Positions 33,094 to 39,117 of a stretch of 40,571 bases of DNA are shown here, piece by piece (position 1 is the first letter of the stretch; the number at the start of each line of letters is the position of its first letter). The stretch lies in the IMG/VR virus record IMGVR_UViG_3300045988_122265, positions 1-40,571 of that record; one strand, 5' to 3'. The stretch comes from a virus. The notes under the pieces are model-generated. The model searched no databases, was not told where the DNA came from, and saw nothing but the letters and a program-made list of their open reading frames with translations. A program made the translations under genes and the position numbers.

Positions 33094-33257
33094 TTTTTTA
33101 TGTCGGCGCGTATCAGGCCCTTGATATATCCTTGCGTGCTGGGCACATCGGCAAGACGGGCGAGGATGTCGCCATCTGTGCCGATGTTAAGCTTAAGGTA
33201 TATGCCCTTGGTGCTTTTTTTGTCGTAGCGGGCTTGTCGCTCAAATTCTTTTTTCAT
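33063..33257 (-). CDS. Ribbon-helix-helix (Arc/CopG-like) DNA-binding protein, 64 aa
   Basis: MKKEFERQARYDKKSTKGIYLKLNIGTDGDILARLADVPSTQGYIKGLIRADI has a beta-strand plus two helices pattern. Its 3' end overlaps promoter A. Confidence 0.55.
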   Translation of the reverse strand: MKKEFERQARYDKKSTKGIYLKLNIGTDGDILARLADVPSTQGYIKGLIRADIKNQKICKKPLT

Positions 33258-33900
33258 TTTTTTCCATCCACTCCATAAGCTTGCTGTACGATGGCCAGGG
33301 CTCCCACTCTGCTTCCATGTCCCTGATAGCCTCGGCATAGTCCTCGCTGCGCAAAATCTTTTCCATCGCCCTGCGTCCTGCGGCGCATTTATCTATATCG
33401 ACACCCCGCGTAAATTCTTCTGCAGTAAAAAATGCAGCTGCTCGGGGATATTTAGATTCTATCTCTGCCATTTTTACGGTAGGCTCTTTCGGCTTTTCAC
33501 ACTCGCAATGGTCTACAAATTGCCAATGCCTGATTGCGGCCTTGTAGTCGTCCCATGCTTCCCCTGCCGCACGCACCTCGTTCATGCCCTCTATAGCCGC
33601 GCTTGATACCTTCAGCGCGGCTATTTCGGCTTTTTCCCGTAGCAAATCCTTATGTACATTGACTACTATGGTATCGGTCTCGCTGTCATAGCTATCGGGC
33701 TTGGCTCTGCATGACCAGTAATCGGCGTCGCGCTCTGCGCAGCTCATGCGCACCGGTACAAAATCTCCGCTTGCGCACATCCTACCCCAGCAATCGGGGC
33801 AGAATGTGCGGCCTATCAAGTCGCGCATGTGGTCGCGGTCGTCCATCGTGCAATCCACTGTAGTGGTATGCCCACAGGCATATTCCATTTCGTATTTCAT
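33241..33900 (-). CDS. Hypothetical protein with an N-terminal CGH...CPxC zinc ribbon (219 aa)
   Basis: AAAAGGAGAA RBS. MKYEMEYACGHTTTVDC....FCPDCW is paralogous to the N-terminus of the upstream gene. Confidence 0.65.
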   Translation of the reverse strand: MKYEMEYACGHTTTVDCTMDDRDHMRDLIGRTFCPDCWGRMCASGDFVPVRMSCAERDADYWSCRAKPDSYDSETDTIVVNVHKDLLREKAEIAALKVSSAAIEGMNEVRAAGEAWDDYKAAIRHWQFVDHCECEKPKEPTVKMAEIESKYPRAAAFFTAEEFTRGVDIDKCAAGRRAMEKILRSEDYAEAIRDMEAEWEPWPSYSKLMEWMEKNEKRI

Positions 33901-33919
33901 GGCGTTCTCCTTTTCTTTT

Positions 33920-34339
33920 TTATTTTGTTGCATTATAAGTGTTGATTACCTCGCGGCCCCACTCGCCGCGCAATGACCTGTCACGATTATCTATCCAAAA
34001 TTTTGCCGTGGTATAGGTCTGTATAATCCATGCGATGCAGCGCATTCCGTTTTCGTTGGCGCCAACGGCCATTATTTCATCTATCTTTTCCTTGCGGATT
34101 GCGTTTGCCCATGCGACCTGCTTCGGGGTTCCGCTCAGTTCGGGCCACTGTTTTTCCTTGCTTTCCTGCGCCGCCTGTGCGTCAATCGCCTCGCGTTCTG
34201 CCTGCTTGCGGGCCTTGTAGCATTCGGGGCATTCGCCGTGCGTCTCATACCAGCTGATTTTGCGCTCGCGCTCTTTACCAGGCCCAAACAGCTCCACAGT
34301 TGCGGTGTGACCGCAAGAAAATGTTACATCGTACTTCAT
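33920..34339 (-). CDS. Hypothetical protein with an N-terminal CGH...CPxC zinc ribbon (139 aa)
   Basis: MKYDVTFSCGHTATVELFGPGKERERKISWYETHGECPECY. GAAGGGAG RBS. First gene downstream of promoter copy B. Confidence 0.65.
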   Translation of the reverse strand: MKYDVTFSCGHTATVELFGPGKERERKISWYETHGECPECYKARKQAEREAIDAQAAQESKEKQWPELSGTPKQVAWANAIRKEKIDEIMAVGANENGMRCIAWIIQTYTTAKFWIDNRDRSLRGEWGREVINTYNATK

Positions 34340-34342
34340 AAT

Positions 34343-34440
34343 TTTTAACTCCCTTCGGGGCTTTGGCCCCTTGCTTTATCGTGGCTTTATTATACCATAG
34401 GTATATACCTACGTCAAGGGGTTTTTGCAGATTTTTTGAA
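34343..34440 (-). repeat. About 97-bp promoter/operator/leader repeat, copy B
   Basis: See copy A. The differences are confined to the leader hairpin and one G/T run. Confidence 0.9.
34389..34417 (-). promoter_or_regulatory. Consensus promoter B, with the same TTGACG / TAGGTATATACCTA / TATAAT as promoter A
   Basis: The -35 is at 34412-34417, the palindrome at 34398-34411 and the -10 at 34389-34394. Confidence 0.7.
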
Positions 34441-34478
34441 AAAATATTTTTGCCCGCTAAATGCCCGCTAAATTCCCT

Positions 34479-34509
34479 CCCCGCGCCCTGAGCGCGGGGC
34501 ATATTTTTT
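34479..34509 (+). terminator. GC-only 8-bp hairpin plus T6 upstream of the cargo cluster (insulator, terminator or attenuator)
   Basis: CCCCGCGC-cctga-GCGCGGGG, then cata, then TTTTTT. Confidence 0.45.
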
Positions 34510-34540
34510 GCGAAAATTAAGGCGTAAGGAGGCGAAAAAA

Positions 34541-34969
34541 ATGTGGAATCCTAACCCCTTTTTTGGCGGCTATCAGCAGCCCCAGCAGTACCAGCAGCGC
34601 ACCGAGATTGCCCAAGTCAATGGTGAGGGCGGGGCGAAGGCATATAGCCTTGCGCCCAATAGCAGCATCCTGTTGCTGGATACCACCGCGCCCATAGTCT
34701 GGCACAAGTGTACCGATAGCGCGGGGTATCCTACATTAACCCCGTACACTATCACGCCGTATCAGCCTGCGCCGCCTGTGGACATTAACGACCTCGCGGC
34801 ACGAATATCAAAATTGGAGGATAAATTAAATGAATCCCATATTGCAAGCAATGAAAGCTGGAAGCCAGCAGACCCCGCAAATATCTCCGCAGCTAATCGC
34901 CCAGGCCAAAAGCATGATGGGGATGCCCGCGCAAATGCAGCAGGTAATGCGGATGCTCGGCGGGCGTGA
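34541..34969 (+). CDS. Q/P-rich hypothetical protein (cargo gene 1); the 3' 140 nt overlap the next ORF and may not be coding
   Basis: AAGGAGG RBS. MWNPNPFFGGYQQPQQYQQ...ILLLDTTAPIVWHKCTDSAGYPTLTPY. The tail past residue 97 is low-complexity. Confidence 0.55.
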   Translation: MWNPNPFFGGYQQPQQYQQRTEIAQVNGEGGAKAYSLAPNSSILLLDTTAPIVWHKCTDSAGYPTLTPYTITPYQPAPPVDINDLAARISKLEDKLNESHIASNESWKPADPANISAANRPGQKHDGDARANAAGNADARRA

Positions 34970-35045
34970 CCCCCAGCAGATGTTTTACAGCCTGTGCCAG
35001 CAAAAAGGCATAGACCCTGAAAGCATCTTGTCCCAGATACGATAA
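34830..35045 (+). CDS. Q/M-rich small hypothetical protein (cargo gene 2)
   Basis: TGGAGGA RBS lies 8-10 nt before the ATG. 71 aa. Confidence 0.55.
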   Translation: MNPILQAMKAGSQQTPQISPQLIAQAKSMMGMPAQMQQVMRMLGGRDPQQMFYSLCQQKGIDPESILSQIR

Positions 35046-35095
35046 ATCACGCGCGATTTATATAAAAAAAATAAAATTTTGAAGGAGAAAAGACA

Positions 35096-35722
35096 ATGGA
35101 TAATGTACCCTCTGTGGCGGATATAGCCGCCGTGACAGACAAAAATGACGGCTTTGGCGGCAGCATGGGCGGAGGATTCTGGATATTCGCCCTTATCGTC
35201 CTTTTGGCTATGATGGGCGGAGGCTTTGGCGGCTGGGGCAATCGCGGCAACGGTGACTACGGTCAGTATGCGACCGCAGCCACGCAGCAGGAAATCCTTT
35301 TTGGCCAGCATTTTGGCCAGCTTAACGACCGCCTGACCAACATCGGTAACGGCATATGTAGCTTGGGCTACGATATGCAGGGCAATATCGGCCAGCTGGG
35401 CAAAGAAATGGCCATCGCGCAGAATGCCACGAATATGACCGTTATGCAGTCCGCAAACAGCATACAGTCCCAGATGGCGGAGTACTGCTGCGCCGTGCAG
35501 CGCGGCATGGATGCCATCAACGCCAATATCGACGCAAAATTCGCGGCTCTTGAAAAGGCACAGCTTGAGCAGCGCATAGCCCAGCTTGAGCAGGCCAATA
35601 ACCAGCTCTTTGTGCGCGAGCAGCTGACGGGCGTGGTACGCTACCCCAACGGCTACACTTACAACGCCGGAAATAGCCCGTTTTGCGGCTCCGGCTGCGG
35701 CTGCGGCAATAGCTGCTGCTAA
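35096..35722 (+). CDS. Gly-rich single-TM protein with an N/Q-rich coiled-coil and a Cys-rich C-terminus (cargo gene 3)
   Basis: GGSMGGGFWIFALIVLLAMMGGGFGGWG, a long helical region, and ...FCGSGCGCGNSCC at the C-terminus. AAGGAGAAAAG RBS. Confidence 0.65.
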   Translation: MDNVPSVADIAAVTDKNDGFGGSMGGGFWIFALIVLLAMMGGGFGGWGNRGNGDYGQYATAATQQEILFGQHFGQLNDRLTNIGNGICSLGYDMQGNIGQLGKEMAIAQNATNMTVMQSANSIQSQMAEYCCAVQRGMDAINANIDAKFAALEKAQLEQRIAQLEQANNQLFVREQLTGVVRYPNGYTYNAGNSPFCGSGCGCGNSCC

Positions 35723-35798
35723 GACATGACACACCATCCGGCATTGCCGTGACTATCGGGGCGGCTTGACCGCCCCTTGATTATGAAAGGAGAAAATT

Positions 35799-36209
35799 AT
35801 GGCTTGTAAGAATATATGCCAGCTTTGCCCCCACCTGATTATATCCCAGTCCGTGACATTTGTGGCGGGTACTGGGCTTATCATCAATCTGCCCGCAGGA
35901 GTATACGCCAACGGCGAGAAGTATTGCATCGTCGTGGCGCAGAGCATACCGGATACCACCACCATATCCGCGCCCGTATATATCACCATCGGCACAGGCA
36001 CGGCGCAGTATCCCCTGATAAATCGCTGCTGCGCACAGGTGACCGCGTGCAGCATGCGCAAGCGCACCAAGTACAGCACCGTAGTATCCACCACCCCTAC
36101 GGGCGGGACGTTTAAGCTGCTCGGCAACCCACCTTGCGCACCGAATAACGACTTGACGGGTCTGACTGGCGGAGCCGTCGCCACCGTGGCGGAGGCGACA
36201 AAGAAATGA
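35799..36209 (+). CDS. Cys-containing beta-rich hypothetical protein (cargo gene 4)
   Basis: MACKNICQLCPH...RCCAQVTAC. AAGGAGAAAA RBS. Confidence 0.6.
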   Translation: MACKNICQLCPHLIISQSVTFVAGTGLIINLPAGVYANGEKYCIVVAQSIPDTTTISAPVYITIGTGTAQYPLINRCCAQVTACSMRKRTKYSTVVSTTPTGGTFKLLGNPPCAPNNDLTGLTGGAVATVAEATKK

Positions 36210-36514
36210 AGCTAATTAACGATTTGTCCGACCAGATTTGCGAAGAAATCGCGGACGCTGAAAAGTATGCTAAGTGGGCGCTTACGGTCAAGGACGATAT
36301 GCCAACCGTAGCGCAGACCCTGTACACCATATCGGGGCAGGAGCTGACCCACGCATCCATGCTGCACGACCTTGTAGCCCGCGCCATATCGGACTACAAG
36401 GCCAAGCATGGCGACCCGCCCGCCGATATGCTGACACTGTATAACTATTTACACGGCAAGCAGATAGACAAGACGGAACGTGTAAAAAGGTATCAGGAGA
36501 TGTATAAGGCGTAA
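36206..36514 (+). CDS. Helical ferritin-like (ExxH-containing) small protein (cargo gene 5)
   Basis: EEIADAEKYAKWA ... GQELTHASMLHDL. ATGA overlap with gene 4. Confidence 0.55.
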   Translation: MKLINDLSDQICEEIADAEKYAKWALTVKDDMPTVAQTLYTISGQELTHASMLHDLVARAISDYKAKHGDPPADMLTLYNYLHGKQIDKTERVKRYQEMYKA

Positions 36515-36521
36515 TCGGGTG

Positions 36522-36541
36522 TTTCACTTAAAATTTCACTT
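36522..36541 (+). repeat. Two direct TTTCACTT repeats (36522-36529, 36534-36541); candidate integrase arm-type sites, left arm of attP
   Basis: Read directly. The same octamer pair recurs at 36721-36740. Confidence 0.6.
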
Positions 36542-36578
36542 TTACGCTAAAAAACTTAGAGAATTAGCCACTTCAAAA

Positions 36579-36605
36579 GGGGTTCGATTCCCACCCGCTC
36601 CGCCA
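36579..36605 (+). other. attP core: 3' fragment of a tRNA gene (T-loop, T-stem 3' strand, acceptor 3' strand, CCA)
   Basis: GGGGTTCGATTCCCACCCGCTCCGCCA. No matching 5' acceptor strand (GGAGCGG) or cloverleaf lies upstream. Confidence 0.7.
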
Positions 36606-36612
36606 GAAAAAA

Positions 36613-36635
36613 AGCCCTGAATATCAGGGCTTTTT
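36613..36635 (+). terminator. Intrinsic terminator directly after the tRNA fragment
   Basis: AGCCCTGA-ata-TCAGGGCT followed by TTTT. Confidence 0.7.
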
Positions 36636-36720
36636 GCTTGTTTTGGGCTTATTGTTGCCGAAAAATGTTGCACCAAAAAAGCAAGATATTTCGGCATTTT
36701 TGAAAGAAGCCGCAAAGCCA

Positions 36721-36740
36721 TTTCACTTTTTATTTCACTT
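36721..36740 (+). repeat. Two direct TTTCACTT repeats (36721-36728, 36733-36740); candidate arm-type sites, right arm of attP
   Basis: Same orientation and 12-bp periodicity as the left pair. Confidence 0.6.
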
Positions 36741-37766
36741 TTTTGGGGTAAAATTTTTTGTAACATCGTCAAAATAGCTGTCTATAAGCGCATCAACGTT
36801 TTTGCGCTCCCGGCTGAACGTTTCCTGATACACGCGCTTCATCGTGGTGTCTGTTTTCCAGCCGCCCCGCTCCATTGCATACTTGTCGGGGACGTTAAGT
36901 TGAAGCATTACAGATGCGTTTACATGGCGTAGGTCGTGGAATGTGATATCAACATCGGCTTTTGCACAGAGCCGCCTAAACCGCCCACGGATTGATTCTC
37001 CGGACGCGGTAATAATATATCCGTCCCCATCCTGCCACGCGGGCGTGTCCTCTATCAGGCGCATTATATACGGCGGCACGGCAAGGGCGCGGTTGCGGTC
37101 GTATTCCTTCCCCGCCGCCTTTGCTAACGGCATACCGCGCACATCAACGACAACCTGATTTATAGTCATAATGCCGTTGTTTATATCACAAACCCGAATA
37201 CCGCGAACTTCCGACATGGTAAAGGATAGCCACATGGCAAGCATACACGGCAGTTCTATGTCCGTCCCGCGTATGATGCTGTAAATCTCCTGCGGCTCGG
37301 GCAGCGTCCGTATGCGCTTACGCTTTGCGGGTATAGTGGGCGAAAAATGCAAGTCATATTGCGCCATAGCAGCAGAAAAAAGGCCGCGCACGTTTGCCAT
37401 TGTTTTTGGGGTAGGTGTAGTGCCTTGCCGCGTTATCCGCTTTGATTCCGCGTTAAATGCGCTCTGGACAACAAGCTCATTCAAGCTTGACAGCGGCACA
37501 TCCATAAGCGATTGTAAGTAATTGCGCCTTATTTTTTCATATCCCTCGATTGTTGTTGGGGATAGAACGCCGTCTTTTGATGTTATATAAGCGTCTATGG
37601 CCTTACCGACCGTCACACGGCCTACCTCGCGCTTGTGCTGCATTTGCATTTCGAGTGCCGCGTACTCCGCTTCGCGCTTAGTATCACGTGTTATGCTATG
37701 CGTTTTGCCGTCATAGTAGACCTGCACGCGCCATTTGCCAGATGCCGTTTTTTTTGCAGTTGCCAT
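36735..37766 (-). CDS. int: Tyrosine integrase
   Basis: N-terminal SAM-like KWRVQVYYDGK. Catalytic region ...FHDLRH...GGWKTDTTMKRVY. Adjacent to the attP-like tRNA fragment. Confidence 0.9.
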   Translation of the reverse strand: MATAKKTASGKWRVQVYYDGKTHSITRDTKREAEYAALEMQMQHKREVGRVTVGKAIDAYITSKDGVLSPTTIEGYEKIRRNYLQSLMDVPLSSLNELVVQSAFNAESKRITRQGTTPTPKTMANVRGLFSAAMAQYDLHFSPTIPAKRKRIRTLPEPQEIYSIIRGTDIELPCMLAMWLSFTMSEVRGIRVCDINNGIMTINQVVVDVRGMPLAKAAGKEYDRNRALAVPPYIMRLIEDTPAWQDGDGYIITASGESIRGRFRRLCAKADVDITFHDLRHVNASVMLQLNVPDKYAMERGGWKTDTTMKRVYQETFSRERKNVDALIDSYFDDVTKNFTPKK

Positions 37767-37838
37767 TTCATTGCCCCCTTTGTGATTTTATGCTATAATA
37801 GGGGCGAGAGATCCTCATTTCTCGCTCCCTTTCCTTCG

Positions 37839-37869
37839 TTCCGCACGGCGGCAACCGTGCGGAATTTTT
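37839..37869 (+). terminator. 10-bp hairpin plus T-run that is functional only in plus-strand orientation (between int and the XRE-TM gene)
   Basis: TTCCGCACGG-cggcaa-CCGTGCGGAA followed by TTTTT. Confidence 0.45.
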
Positions 37870-38299
37870 ATGGCCGCCTAAGCCATCCCACGGTGGGGTT
37901 AAGCGCATCGTATAAAAAACCCCCTATCAATATGCTGGTTACGCTTACGCTGTATATCACCGCCCACCGGAGCCATTTACTAAGCTGCTGTATGCGCCTA
38001 TCCTTTTCCGCAAGCAGCAGCTTGACGGCGGTGGTATACCTCTGTGTAGGCTCTTCGGCCTGCGGCACGGCTCCGTAAATCTCGTTCACAAATTCATGCA
38101 TTGTCGCGCCTAAGCCTTGGGTAACAAGTATTTCATATGTCGCCATGGGCGTTCCGGTTGTGCCTTGCAGCGTGCGGGTAAGTGTGGAGGCGGCTATGCC
38201 GCTGCGCTTTGACACGTCCTGCAAGGAGATCCCTCGCTTTTCACGCATTCGCGTAAACGCATCTGCGTATTTCCGATTATTGTCCTCAAAAATGCCCAT
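37868..38299 (-). CDS. XRE-family HTH protein with a C-terminal transmembrane segment
   Basis: HTH RGISLQDVSKRSGIAASTLTR. TM WAVIYSVSVTSILIGGFLY. GGGGGAGAGAA RBS before ATG 38299. Confidence 0.7.
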   Translation of the reverse strand: MGIFEDNNRKYADAFTRMREKRGISLQDVSKRSGIAASTLTRTLQGTTGTPMATYEILVTQGLGATMHEFVNEIYGAVPQAEEPTQRYTTAVKLLLAEKDRRIQQLSKWLRWAVIYSVSVTSILIGGFLYDALNPTVGWLRRP

Positions 38300-38550
38300 T
38301 TCTCTCCCCCTTTTCCATTTTTCCATTTTTGGAAGCGCTAATTCCGTTTCTGGCGCGCTTTTCCATTTTTGGCCATATCCATTTTGCTATGTGTGTAGTA
38401 ATCTGTACTTGCGCATAGGGGCGCACCCGGGGGCGGCGCATCCTTACCTTGCTTCTCCGTCGCCCCCTCCACCCACCATATATTATATGATGTATGGTGT
38501 CTGTGATATGGTATCATATCTTAACATTTTTTTGCACGGAGGATAAGACA

Positions 38551-38697
38551 ATGACGCACACAGAATTTTCCCATACCGTTGACCGCTTGGACGAAGAAGG
38601 CGTTAGCCTTCTCCGCTGTTACGCTGAGCTGCTAAAAATTTCGCATATGACGCAAGCGCAGCTCGCCCATCTTCATCGAGACAATCGTACAGATTAA
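38551..38697 (+). CDS. Small ORF (48 aa) convergent with and overlapping the repressor 3' end
   Basis: GGAGGA RBS lies 7 nt upstream. TGgTATCAT extended -10 at 38509-38517. Contains LDEEGVSLLRCYAELL, similar to the repressor C-terminal motif. Confidence 0.35.
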   Translation: MTHTEFSHTVDRLDEEGVSLLRCYAELLKISHMTQAQLAHLHRDNRTD

Positions 38698-38932
38698 GTA
38701 TCTCTGCTTTTTCGGCTTCCATCTGCGAGGGCGCTACATCTGTCAAATCGTCCAGCTTACATCCCAGCGCCCGCGCAATCGCTTTCATTGTCTCGAGGTT
38801 CGGATTTGTAGTAGCGCCGCTGCTGATTTTGCGCAGCGTGCTAAGCGGCACACCCGACGCAGCGGCAAGTTGCTCTAAGTCCATTCCAAGTGCTTTGCGC
38901 AGCTCGGCCATCCGCCTAAATTTTGTCGGCAT
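38603..38932 (-). CDS. cI-like phage repressor (XRE HTH, 109 aa)
   Basis: LGMDLEQLAAASGVPLSTLRKISSG.TNP.LETMKAIARALGCKLDDL. Divergent from the cro-like gene. Confidence 0.8.
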   Translation of the reverse strand: MPTKFRRMAELRKALGMDLEQLAAASGVPLSTLRKISSGATTNPNLETMKAIARALGCKLDDLTDVAPSQMEAEKAEILNLYDCLDEDGRAALASYAKFLAAQRNSGEG

Positions 38933-38963
38933 TTCATCACTCCCATTTGCTTTATCTACTGAT

Positions 38964-38992
38964 ATTATACACCACATCTTATTCCGAATCAA
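38964..38992 (-). promoter_or_regulatory. Repressor promoter (TTGATT-17 nt-TATAAT)
   Basis: On the minus strand the -35 is at 38987-38992 and the -10 at 38964-38969. Confidence 0.6.
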
Positions 38993-39036
38993 GAATAAAA
39001 GTTCCATGCACGGAACATAAAATTGAAAAAAAGTTA

Positions 39037-39065
39037 TTGACAAGTGCCTATGATGGTATTATAAT
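39037..39065 (+). promoter_or_regulatory. Early lytic promoter (TTGACA-17 nt-TATAAT)
   Basis: Perfect consensus hexamers at 39037-39042 and 39060-39065. The spacer contains ATGATGGTATT, which is repeated at 39082-39092. Confidence 0.7.
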
Positions 39066-39117
39066 GGCAGCATAAAGACCAATGATGGTATTTGACAAGA
39101 CCAAAGGAGGTATATAG

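Noticed and set aside
33241-33257. Programmed frameshift at the A7/A6 runs joining the 219-aa protein to the RHH protein
   Set aside because: The RHH ORF has its own ATG. The overlap is explained by translational coupling, and nothing in the sequence requires a fusion product.
36515-36640. Possible intact tRNA or tmRNA gene
   Set aside because: Only the T-loop, acceptor 3' strand and CCA are present. The 5 nt before the T-loop do not pair with CCCAC. No GGAGCGG acceptor 5' strand or anticodon arm lies upstream. I interpret it as an attP core fragment.
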